Below are positions 56,120 to 64,000 of a stretch of DNA of 64,000 bases, in pieces. This DNA comes from an uncultured Bacteroidales bacterium (GTDB lineage: Bacteria > Bacteroidota > Bacteroidia > Bacteroidales > UBA11471), in contig CANQQA010000011.1 in NCBI GenBank assembly GCA_947625885.1, positions 3,442-67,441 of the forward strand, written 5' to 3'. Positions within the stretch are counted from its first letter, which is position 1. Each line of letters begins with the position of its first letter. The notes under the pieces are model-generated. The model was not told the DNA's origin, ran no database searches, and was given only the letters and a program-made list of their open reading frames with translations. Both the position numbers and the translations under genes were made by a program.

Positions 56120-57340
56120 ATGAACGCTACCAACCTTTTCAAAATAGCCTTTCGGGCACTCGCCAACAACAAGTTGCGCGCTTTTCTCACCATGCTGGGC
56201 ATCATCATCGGCGTGGCATCGGTCATCACCATGCTGGCTATCGGACAAGGCTCGAAAAAAAGTATTCAAGCCCAAATATCGGAAATGGGCTCGAACATGA
56301 TTATGATACACCCGGGCGGCGACCGGCGCGGCGGCGTGCGGCGCGACCCGTCGGAGATGCAGACGCTGAAACTGGAAAATTACGAAACGTTGCGGAACGA
56401 GACCAATTTTCTGGCAGCCATTTCGCCGAACGTCAGCACTTCGGGACAATTCATCTGCGGCAACAACAACTACCCCGCCACCATCAACGGCGTGGGGTTG
56501 GGATATTTGGATATACGGCAGTTGAAAGTGGAAGACGGAACGATGTTCACCGAAAGCGACATACAAAGCTCCGCCAAAGTGTGCGTCATCGGGAAAACCA
56601 TCGTCGACAATCTCTTTCCCGACGGCAGCAACCCCATCGGCAAAGTGATACGGTTCAACAAAATACCGTTCCGCGTCATCGGCGTGCTGAAATCGAAAGG
56701 ATACAACTCGATGGGACAAGATCAGGACGCCGTCGTGCTTGCCCCCTACACCACCGTCATGAAACGGCTGCTCGCCATAACCTACCTGCAAAGCATCTTC
56801 GCTTCGGCGCTCTCGGAAGATATGACGGAGTATGCCACCGACGAAATCGGCAAAATTCTCCGCCGCGAACACAAGCTGAAAGAGGGCGATGACGACAATT
56901 TCACCATACGCACCCAACAAGAAATAAGCACCATGCTCAACACCACGACCTCCCTGATGACCACGCTGCTTGCCTGCATCGCCGGTATATCGCTTATTGT
57001 CGGAGGAATAGGCATCATGAACATCATGTACGTAAGCGTTACCGAACGCACACGGGAAATCGGACTGCGCATGAGCGTAGGCGCACGCGGCATCGACATA
57101 CTCGCCCAATTCCTTATCGAGGCGGTGCTTATCAGCATCACGGGAGGCGTCATCGGTGTCGTCTTGGGCTGCGGGGCAAGCTGGGCGGTAAAGAGCATCG
57201 CCCACTGGCCGGTATTCATACAGGTGTGGAGCGTAGTACTGTCGTTTGCCGTCTGCACGGTTACCGGCGTATTTTTCGGCTGGTACCCCGCCAAAAAAGC
57301 TGCCGACCTCGACCCTATCGAAGCCTTGCGATACGAATAA
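56120..57340 (+). CDS. ABC transporter permease (MacB/FtsX-like)
   Basis: It has an N-terminal TM segment, a large periplasmic domain and a C-terminal FtsX 3-TM bundle (...RTREIGLRMSVGARGIDILAQFLIEA...). Confidence 0.85.
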   Translation: MNATNLFKIAFRALANNKLRAFLTMLGIIIGVASVITMLAIGQGSKKSIQAQISEMGSNMIMIHPGGDRRGGVRRDPSEMQTLKLENYETLRNETNFLAAISPNVSTSGQFICGNNNYPATINGVGLGYLDIRQLKVEDGTMFTESDIQSSAKVCVIGKTIVDNLFPDGSNPIGKVIRFNKIPFRVIGVLKSKGYNSMGQDQDAVVLAPYTTVMKRLLAITYLQSIFASALSEDMTEYATDEIGKILRREHKLKEGDDDNFTIRTQQEISTMLNTTTSLMTTLLACIAGISLIVGGIGIMNIMYVSVTERTREIGLRMSVGARGIDILAQFLIEAVLISITGGVIGVVLGCGASWAVKSIAHWPVFIQVWSVVLSFAVCTVTGVFFGWYPAKKAADLDPIEALRYE

Positions 57341-57351
57341 AAAACGAATCC

Positions 57352-58404
57352 ATGAAAGCGGAAAGCCGACACAAAACCGTAAGCATCGCCATTCACATCA
57401 TCGGGTGGGGATTCGTATTCGGCTTGCCGCTGCTCTTTACCGACCACACGGCAAACGGCTACTTGCAACATTACCTGCGATTTTCCACCATACCGCTCGC
57501 CCTGCTTACGGTATTTTACATCAACTATTTCTTTTTGGTCGAGAAATTTCTGTTCGACAAGAAATCGCTTTCCCGTTTTTGGATTTTCAACCTCGTAATG
57601 GTCGTTTGCGTTTCATTCGCCTTGATGGCGATACGCCACGGACAACATCTGCCGCCGCACCCCGAAGAGAGTTTCCTGCAAGCGGCATTCGGTTTCTTTT
57701 TCAGAGACATGGTACCGCTTATCTTAGCCGTAGGCATGAGCGTGGCACTGAAAGTAACCAACCGCTGGGTCGCCATAGAAAAAGAACTCGAAACGCTGGA
57801 GAAAGAGCGCATGGAGGCGGAACTGAAAACGTTGAAAAGCCAAATCAATCCGCATTTCCTTTTCAATACGCTCAACAACATCTATTCGCTGACAGCCATT
57901 TCACCCGACAAGGCGCAGCAGGCGATTCTGGAACTGAGCAAACTCATGCGTTACGTGCTGTATGAAAACACGCCCCGCTACGTGCCGTTAGGCAAAGAGA
58001 TAGATTTTATCCACAATTACGTGGAATTGATGCGGCTGCGGCTTACTGCCGACACGGAAGTCGTCGTGGAGCTGCCCACAGGCAAAGAGCGCGACATCGA
58101 GGTGGCTCCTCTCCTTTTCATCGCTTTGATAGAAAACGCATTCAAACACGGTGTAAGCAACACACACCCCTCTTTCGTACACATAAAGCTGCGCGCAACC
58201 GCCGCACACGACATCGAATGCCGCATCGAAAACAGCTGCTTTCCCAAAGACGAAAGCGACAAAAGCGGCTCCGGCATCGGGCTCGACAACCTGCGCAAGC
58301 GGCTCGACATACTCTATGCCGGACGCTACGACTACACCGTCGAGCAAAACAATACGCGCTATTGCGCCACCTTGACACTGCACCCGCAAAAACAACTGCC
58401 ATGA
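57352..58404 (+). CDS. Sensor histidine kinase, LytS/YehU type
   Basis: It has several N-terminal TM segments, the His_kinase motif LKSQINPHFLFNTLNNI, and an HATPase region (LIENAFKHG..., GIGLDNLRKRL). Confidence 0.85.
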   Translation: MKAESRHKTVSIAIHIIGWGFVFGLPLLFTDHTANGYLQHYLRFSTIPLALLTVFYINYFFLVEKFLFDKKSLSRFWIFNLVMVVCVSFALMAIRHGQHLPPHPEESFLQAAFGFFFRDMVPLILAVGMSVALKVTNRWVAIEKELETLEKERMEAELKTLKSQINPHFLFNTLNNIYSLTAISPDKAQQAILELSKLMRYVLYENTPRYVPLGKEIDFIHNYVELMRLRLTADTEVVVELPTGKERDIEVAPLLFIALIENAFKHGVSNTHPSFVHIKLRATAAHDIECRIENSCFPKDESDKSGSGIGLDNLRKRLDILYAGRYDYTVEQNNTRYCATLTLHPQKQLP

Positions 58405-59126
58405 AATTACGCTGCGCCATCATCGACGACGAACCGCTGGCTGTAAGCCTGCTCGAAAGCTACGTTGACAAAACGCCGTTTCTGCAACTCATCGGCTCAT
58501 ACACCAACGCTGTGAAAGCGATGGAAGGGTTTGCCGACGACTGCCCCGACCTGCTCTTTCTCGACATACAGATGCCGGAGCTTAACGGCTTGGAGTTTTC
58601 GCGCATCGTCGGCGAGCGGTGTCGGGTCGTATTTACGACGGCTTTTGAACAATATGCGGTGGACAGTTATCGGGTGAACGCCCTCGACTACCTGTTGAAA
58701 CCGATTGCCTATCCCGAATTTCTGCAAGCCTGCGAAAAGGCTCGGCAATGGTTTGCCCACACGGCTCCCCAACCGTCGGAAAGCGGTACGCCGACTTCCA
58801 TTCTCGTGAAGACCGACTACAAACTCGTGCAGGTGGAGCTGGCAAAAATCATCTACATCGAAGGACTGAAAGATTATGTAAAGATATACATCGACGACGA
58901 GCCGCGCCCGCTGCTTTCGCTGATGAGTCTGAAATCGCTCGAAGAACAACTGCCGGCACAACAATTCGTGCGGGTGCATCGCTCGTTCATCGTGCGGACG
59001 GACAAAATCAAAGTCATCGAGCGAAACCGCATCGTCTTCGGCAAAGAGTATATTCCTATCTCCGATTCATACAAGGCGGCACTCATGGAACAGCTCGCCC
59101 GACACGCCATTGTCGGGAAAGGATAA
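58401..59126 (+). CDS. LytTR-family response regulator
   Basis: The receiver domain is MKLRCAIIDDEPLAV...LFLDIQMPELNG and the LytTR domain is ...IIYIEGLKDYVKIY...FVRVHRSFIV. The ATG overlaps the kinase stop (ATGA). Confidence 0.9.
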   Translation: MKLRCAIIDDEPLAVSLLESYVDKTPFLQLIGSYTNAVKAMEGFADDCPDLLFLDIQMPELNGLEFSRIVGERCRVVFTTAFEQYAVDSYRVNALDYLLKPIAYPEFLQACEKARQWFAHTAPQPSESGTPTSILVKTDYKLVQVELAKIIYIEGLKDYVKIYIDDEPRPLLSLMSLKSLEEQLPAQQFVRVHRSFIVRTDKIKVIERNRIVFGKEYIPISDSYKAALMEQLARHAIVGKG

Positions 59127-59129
59127 AAA

Positions 59130-59156
59130 AGCGGGGACGAACGATTCGCCCCCGCT
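59130..59156. terminator. Hairpin between the convergent response regulator and gdhA
   Basis: agcgggg-acgaacgattcgc-ccccgct. Confidence 0.55.
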
Positions 59157-59179
59157 TCTGCATTCGGATATGGCTCGGA

Positions 59180-60514
59180 TTATATAACGCCCTGCGCCAG
59201 CATGGCTCGGGCAACTTTCATGAATCCGGCAATATTGGCGCCTTTCATGTAGTTGATATATCCGTCGGGTTCCGTACCGTATTTCACGCACTGCGCGTGT
59301 ATGTCGCGCATGATGCCGTGCAGGCGTTTATCCACTTCGGCAGCGTCCCAGCTGATGTGCATGGCGTTCTGCGTCATTTCAAGTCCCGACGTAGCTACGC
59401 CGCCGGCATTGACAGCCTTACCGGGTCCGTACATGATACGGTTTTCGATAAAGAGGTCGATAGCTTCGGGACGGCAGCCCATGTTCGATATTTCACCGAC
59501 GCATATCACGCCGTTGTCGATAAGGCGGCGGGCATCGTCGGCATCGAGTTCGTTTTGCGTAGCGCAAGGAAGGGCGATATCCACCTTCTGTTCCCACGGA
59601 CGACGGTCGGGGAAGAATTGCACGCCGTATTTCTCGGCATAGGGTTCTACAATATCATTGCCCGAAGCCCGCAATTCGAGCATGTAATCAATTTTTTCGC
59701 CGCTGATGCCGTCGGGGTCGTAAACGTATCCGTCGGGACCGGAAATGGTAACGACCTTGCCGCCCAGCTCCACAGCCTTGGTTGCGGCACCCCATGCCAC
59801 GTTACCGAATCCGCTGATAGCAATGGTCTTGTCCTTGATGTCGATACCTTTCGTCGCCAACATCTGCTGAACGAAATAGAGTCCGCCGAAACCTGTGGCT
59901 TCGGGACGTATGAGCGAACCTCCAAATTCGAGACCTTTGCCGGTGAACGTTCCTGTATTTTCCCGTGCCAGCTTTTTATACATTCCATACATATAGCCTA
60001 CTTCGCGACCGCCTACGCCTATGTCGCCGGCAGGCACGTCGGTATCGGGTCCGAGATGACGCCACAGCTCCAACATGAAGGCTTGGCAGAAACGCATGAT
60101 TTCGGCATCGGATTTACCGCGCGGACTGAAATCGGAACCTCCTTTGCCGCCGCCCATAGGCAAGGTTGTCAGGGCATTTTTGAATGTCTGTTCAAAACCG
60201 AGAAATTTGAGAATGGAAAGGTTTACCGACGCATGGAACCGTATGCCGCCTTTGTACGGACCAATGGCATTGTTGAATTGAATGCGGTAGCCGAGATTTA
60301 CCTGTACTTCGCCTTTGTCATCGACCCAAGGCACTTTGAAAGTAAAAATACGGTCGGGCTCGACCATACGTTCAATGAGTTTGGCTTTTTCAAATTCGGG
60401 GTGTTGATTATAGATTTCTTCAATAGAAAGCAATACCTCGTGTACGGCTTGCAGATATTCCGACTCGCCCGGGTGCTTCGCCGACAGATTGTTCATGATT
60501 GTCTGGATATTCAT
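59180..60514 (-). CDS. gdhA: NADP-specific glutamate dehydrogenase
   Basis: It is 444 aa, with GPYKGGIRFH, LPMGGGKGGSDF and SGFGNVAWGAA. Confidence 0.95.
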   Translation of the reverse strand: MNIQTIMNNLSAKHPGESEYLQAVHEVLLSIEEIYNQHPEFEKAKLIERMVEPDRIFTFKVPWVDDKGEVQVNLGYRIQFNNAIGPYKGGIRFHASVNLSILKFLGFEQTFKNALTTLPMGGGKGGSDFSPRGKSDAEIMRFCQAFMLELWRHLGPDTDVPAGDIGVGGREVGYMYGMYKKLARENTGTFTGKGLEFGGSLIRPEATGFGGLYFVQQMLATKGIDIKDKTIAISGFGNVAWGAATKAVELGGKVVTISGPDGYVYDPDGISGEKIDYMLELRASGNDIVEPYAEKYGVQFFPDRRPWEQKVDIALPCATQNELDADDARRLIDNGVICVGEISNMGCRPEAIDLFIENRIMYGPGKAVNAGGVATSGLEMTQNAMHISWDAAEVDKRLHGIMRDIHAQCVKYGTEPDGYINYMKGANIAGFMKVARAMLAQGVI

Positions 60515-60548
60515 AACGTCAAGATTTAAGGGTTATTTTTTAATACTA

Positions 60549-60556
60549 CAAATATA
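60549..60556 (-). promoter_or_regulatory. -7 promoter box (reverse complement TAtaTTTG) for gdhA
   Basis: CAAAtaTA on the + strand lies 35 nt upstream of the ATG at 60514. Confidence 0.45.
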
Positions 60557-60726
60557 CACATTGTTTGGAAATCCGCAAGTGTTTTTCTGACAATTTGCCA
60601 TTTTATTTTTATCGGATATATAGTTGTCTATTACTTTCTCTCTTTTACAAGGCGAAATATTCATCTTTTACTGGCAAAAAGTCAATCAAGTAATGAAAAC
60701 ACACCGTTACATAAAGACACAAAAAA

Positions 60727-60749
60727 AGCATCGGAAAAATTCCGATGCT
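60727..60749. terminator. Rho-independent terminator (A-run / hairpin / T-run)
   Basis: aaaaaaagcatcgga-aaaat-tccgatgcttttt. Confidence 0.7.
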
Positions 60750-60774
60750 TTTTATTTTATCTGTGAATCCGTTT

Positions 60775-61608
60775 TTATTTAACGCGAACTACGAGGTAAC
60801 GCGATACGCTCCAGAATTCAGCAGGATTGGTAATGGCAATTTCGGTATAAACTTTACCCTCTTTTACCACCGTATAAGAACTTGCGGGGTGAGCCGTCAA
60901 AATGGTCGGTTTTTTCTTTACATTCAAAGGAATAGAAGTAAGATTGCGCAAATCGACTTCCGTGAACAATGCGTTGTTTACTTCGCCTTGCAGAGCACGA
61001 CCTTTGATTACAATGCCATTGGCTTTGAGATCTTTGGATTTAGAAACCGTGTAATATACGGTATTGAGCACTCTGTCTTGTGCGCTGATAACATCTTGTT
61101 GTTCGGCAGATTCTGCGGAAAGAGCAGAAACTTTGTCGTTCAAGGAAGCAACAGAAGCATCGAGTTCTTTGATTTGAGCATCACGTTGTGCAAGTTCTTG
61201 TTGCAATTGGGTGATCATAGCCACTTTCTCTTCGTTTTCGGCTTTGAGGCGATCGATTGTTTTTCTCAATTGTGAAATGGTATAACCGCGAGATTTATAT
61301 TTCTTTTCCAAATCGGCAAGTTTAGCTTGATTCTCTTTGAGAATGTCCACGATTTGAGCGATATCGGCTTTGAGACGTTCACCGTCTTCTTGGCTCAAAC
61401 CGGCTTCGGTCTGTTCAACCTGCAAGAAACCGGCTTCGATTTCGTCCATCATTTGGAGCAATTCGTCAAATTCAGAGCTAATGCGTGCATTTTCCTGCGC
61501 AATAGAGTCGTTTTGGAATTGCAAACGTGCAATCTGATCTTTGTAACCCTGGCAAGATACCAAAAGAAGCATCGAAAGGGCTGTCATGCTTAACACTACT
61601 TTTTTCAT
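60775..61608 (-). CDS. Coiled-coil lipoprotein of unknown function
   Basis: The lipobox is MLLLVSC-QG. It has a long heptad-like Q/E/L-rich region and a beta-rich C-terminal part. Confidence 0.6.
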   Translation of the reverse strand: MKKVVLSMTALSMLLLVSCQGYKDQIARLQFQNDSIAQENARISSEFDELLQMMDEIEAGFLQVEQTEAGLSQEDGERLKADIAQIVDILKENQAKLADLEKKYKSRGYTISQLRKTIDRLKAENEEKVAMITQLQQELAQRDAQIKELDASVASLNDKVSALSAESAEQQDVISAQDRVLNTVYYTVSKSKDLKANGIVIKGRALQGEVNNALFTEVDLRNLTSIPLNVKKKPTILTAHPASSYTVVKEGKVYTEIAITNPAEFWSVSRYLVVRVK

Positions 61609-62354
61609 AATCTTTTGTTTTTAAAAGTTGTTTCTATTTTTTGTTGTTTTTCTTTTATGTTTTTTCGAGGTTTTCCCTCCGCGAGCGAAGTTCCCTCTAC
61701 TATAATTACACACTCACCGCGCGGCTCCTTTTCGGCATATCGGGCAAGAAGTTCGGTAAAAGTACCGCAAAGGGTCTCTTCATGAATCTTTGAGATTTCA
61801 CGACTTACCGACACCTGTCTGTCCGCACCGAAGACCGCTGCCATTTGTTCCAACGTCTTGACCAACCGGAAAGGCGCTTCATAAAATATCATGGTGCGCC
61901 GCTCGGTGGCAAGCTCGTTCAGTCGGGTGGCACGACCTTTTTTCTGAGGCAGAAAGCCTTCGAAAACGAAACGGTCGCACGGCAGACCCGAATCGACAAG
62001 CGCCGGAACGAATGCCGTAGCTCCCGGCAGACACTCGACTTCGACTCCCGCCCGCCGGCAAGCTCTCACCAAGAGAAATCCCGGGTCGGAAATAGCCGGC
62101 GTACCTGCGTCGGAAATCAATGCAATCGTCTCGCCGGCAGCGAGCCGCTCGACCACCGCATCGACGGTTTGGTGTTCATTAAATTTGTGGTGCGACTGCA
62201 TACGGGTTCTGATGCCGTAATGTTTCAGCAGGATCCCGCTGGTACGGGTATCTTCCGCCAATATGCAATCGACTTCCTGCAATACGCGGACGGCTCTCAT
62301 CGTCATGTCTTCGAGATTGCCGACAGGCGTGGGTACGATATAAAGTTTCGACAT
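61605..62354 (-). CDS. rsmI: 16S rRNA (cytidine1402-2'-O)-methyltransferase
   Basis: MSKLYIVPTPVGNLEDMTMRAVRVLQEVDCILAEDTRTSGILL...SDAGTPAISDPG. Confidence 0.9.
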   Translation of the reverse strand: MSKLYIVPTPVGNLEDMTMRAVRVLQEVDCILAEDTRTSGILLKHYGIRTRMQSHHKFNEHQTVDAVVERLAAGETIALISDAGTPAISDPGFLLVRACRRAGVEVECLPGATAFVPALVDSGLPCDRFVFEGFLPQKKGRATRLNELATERRTMIFYEAPFRLVKTLEQMAAVFGADRQVSVSREISKIHEETLCGTFTELLARYAEKEPRGECVIIVEGTSLAEGKPRKNIKEKQQKIETTFKNKRL

Positions 62355-62359
62355 GGCTG

Positions 62360-63145
62360 TTACTCAAAACGCTGCTGTATCAACATGCACAGCAGACCGA
62401 CTGTCTCCGACTCAAAGTCCCACGCAAAACGGGTATGCAGATACGTCAACGACTCTTCGTATGACGTTATATGATTGAGTGCGTCTATAACGGACGCCAT
62501 CAACTCCCCGTCTCCATCGAAAAGTTCTCTCCGAAAGAGAAAACGGTCGTTGATGCTCATCATAGTCTCTAATTCTTTTCCCTGTACCGGTTGTCCATTT
62601 TCCGATGTTGAAGTTTCATCTTCTTTATCGGGAACACTGTCCGAAGATTCTTCCGGAACCGAATCTTCTACCGTCGGAATTTCTGCCTCTGACGATGAAG
62701 AAACGACGGATTCTTCGTCTTTCTTATTTTCTGCGGCAGGGGCATCGAACGTTTTTTTCGTCGGAATAATTCCGTCAAAAAGACAAAATTCATCTTCGGA
62801 AGTATCCCATGAAAAGGAAGAAGTCTCTTGCGCCAAATCTTTCTTTTCTTCGGGCTTTAACGTCTCTTCTTTTCCATTCTCATCGTTTGATGTGTCATTT
62901 GCGACAGCACTTGCCGACACGGGAATGTTTGTTTCAATAGCTTTCTCAGGCATTACGGCTGCCGCTGCAACCGCCTTTTTATCCGTAATGAACGCCCTCA
63001 TCTGTTCGCATAAAGCCTCTCCTTTTTCGAGAGTTATTTTGTATAAAATTTCCGGCGTTTCCGTGGAGTTTTTTGTGATAAGGTCAACCAACTCTTGCAA
63101 TTCCGAAAGCGTCGTTTTTATGCGTTCTATGCAAACATCGGACAT
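62360..63145 (-). CDS. Hypothetical protein with an acidic, S/E/T-rich, low-complexity centre
   Basis: It is a 261-aa ORF with an ATG start and a candidate -7 box upstream. I recognise no motif. Confidence 0.5.
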   Translation of the reverse strand: MSDVCIERIKTTLSELQELVDLITKNSTETPEILYKITLEKGEALCEQMRAFITDKKAVAAAAVMPEKAIETNIPVSASAVANDTSNDENGKEETLKPEEKKDLAQETSSFSWDTSEDEFCLFDGIIPTKKTFDAPAAENKKDEESVVSSSSEAEIPTVEDSVPEESSDSVPDKEDETSTSENGQPVQGKELETMMSINDRFLFRRELFDGDGELMASVIDALNHITSYEESLTYLHTRFAWDFESETVGLLCMLIQQRFE

Positions 63146-63165
63146 TTTACAGTGCCTTTTAGCGA

Positions 63166-63173
63166 CAAAAGTA
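63166..63173 (-). promoter_or_regulatory. -7 promoter box (reverse complement TActTTTG)
   Basis: CAAAagTA on the + strand lies 21 nt upstream of the ATG at 63145. Confidence 0.35.
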
Positions 63174-63372
63174 TATAAAAAATTTATATTTCACACAAAA
63201 CGGAGATTTTTTTTTTATCGGAAGCGCCTTTTTTTATTTTTTTTAAGTTTCTTTTCCTTTGTAGATTTATCCGACTATCTTTCTTTTTACACGCCTATTT
63301 CATTAATTATCATGGCGCAAGAATAGTATATATTATATATTTTCACCATCACATTTTTTATAAAAAACTATG

Positions 63373-63404
63373 AAAAGAGGAACTTAAAAATAAGCTCCTC
63401 TTTT
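63373..63404 (-). terminator. Hairpin downstream of the lipocalin-like gene
   Basis: aaaagagga-(loop)-tcctctttt. Confidence 0.45.
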
Positions 63405-63428
63405 CGTTATTTTTCAGAAAAAGAAATA

Positions 63429-63866
63429 TTACCACCATTTGCTTAACGAATATTGATATTTGTCGCCTTCGGGACTGACGTACTGCAATTCCATTTTCGT
63501 ACCGGGACTCTTCAATATCCGCAACGTCGATACTCCTACCGGAAGATGTGTTGCTGGAAGCGGCGAATATATCTGTGAACCTTGCGGATTGTTATCATCG
63601 CTGTATGTGAATGTCAATACAACGTTATCGCCATCTTCTGCCCATGTGCCACGACTTGCCCCCTGTCCCTGCATCAGAATGATATCGGACTGGAACGACC
63701 AGAATATATTGCCGTTATATGTGGTATCGGGTTCTTCATTTATGGTGATTTGCGTCAATTTCCATTGTCCGAACCAATGCCCTATATTGCCGTTATGGTG
63801 TATGCAACTTGTCATATAAAACAAGCATACCGACACTATCAAAAAAATCAACTTCTTTTTTTTCAT
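63429..63866 (-). CDS. Small lipoprotein, lipocalin-like
   Basis: The lipobox is LFYMTSC, followed by GHWFGQWKLTQITINEEPD, as in lipocalin-like domain lipoproteins of Bacteroidales. Confidence 0.55.
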   Translation of the reverse strand: MKKKKLIFLIVSVCLFYMTSCIHHNGNIGHWFGQWKLTQITINEEPDTTYNGNIFWSFQSDIILMQGQGASRGTWAEDGDNVVLTFTYSDDNNPQGSQIYSPLPATHLPVGVSTLRILKSPGTKMELQYVSPEGDKYQYSLSKWW

Positions 63867-64000
63867 TTTTTCCCGATATTAATTGTTCCGGAATAAGAAA
63901 TCGTCAATAATCCGCCGACATTTGTCCCATACATCGTTCCCGAATCGAACGCAAATTCGCCTTTTACCGACAAACCGGCAAGTTTCGGAATACGCCACGT
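63863..64000 (-). CDS. 3' end of an ORF entering from the right window edge (hypothetical)
   Basis: A 45-codon open frame (...GEFAFDSGTMYGTNVGGLLTISYSGTINIGKK) ends in a TGA that overlaps the ATG of the next gene (ATGA). Confidence 0.4.
   Translation of the reverse strand, partial: TWRIPKLAGLSVKGEFAFDSGTMYGTNVGGLLTISYSGTINIGKK

Noticed and set aside
58748-60529. A 593-aa ORF on the + strand
   Set aside because: It is entirely antisense to the well-supported gdhA gene. Its composition is Arg/Gly/His-rich and typical of shadow ORFs opposite GC-rich genes, and it has no recognisable motifs.
1-64000. CRISPR arrays, rRNA genes, transposases or IS elements, diversity-generating retroelements, and invertible promoters
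   Set aside because: I scanned for regularly spaced direct repeats, rRNA-like conserved blocks, DDE or reverse-transcriptase motifs in the ORF track, and inverted repeats flanking promoters. None was found.

Overview
This is a chromosomal segment of a Bacteroidota (Bacteroidales-like) genome. Supporting signals are recurrent TAnnTTTG -7 promoter boxes, gldB, T9SS C-terminal sorting domains, an rseC-rnfBCDGEA operon and dnaA. The left edge (1-2.6 kb) is the end of an integrative element: a tyrosine integrase and an unknown cargo ORF abut a 47-nt 3' fragment of tRNA-Pro(UGG). AT-rich DNA with a RhuM-family gene continues to about 4.2 kb. Next come a porin and a five-gene polyprenyl-phosphate-pentose-type glycosylation cluster: a UbiA-family phosphoribosyltransferase-like gene, a HAD phosphatase, an ArnE/SMR-like flippase, an SDR epimerase interrupted at a G9 tract, and a low-GC GT-C-like transferase. 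After that lie malQ, nrdJ, a nitroreductase, dnaA, an MlaD-like gene, an amidase, a T9SS type-B protein, uvrA, a Crp/Fnr regulator, two orphan proteins, aroE-gldB, a dTDP-3-amino-3,6-dideoxyhexose operon (rmlB-rmlA-fdtA-fdtA'-fdtB), the Rnf operon and tRNA-Asp. The most unusual region is an ~11.5-kb locus headed by a cobalamin riboswitch (38.6-50.2 kb). It encodes a BtuB-like receptor, a translationally coupled BtuG-like propeller lipoprotein, three proteins with T9SS C-terminal sorting domains (one of 1315 aa with about 7 Ig-like repeats) and a second propeller lipoprotein, with no btuFCD genes. The right part carries folK, an AAE/YidE-type transporter, TolC-MacAB-type efflux genes, a LytS/LytTR two-component pair, gdhA, rsmI and small lipoproteins. 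I saw no rRNA, CRISPR array or transposase. All calls rest on by-eye motif recognition, and no database search was possible.
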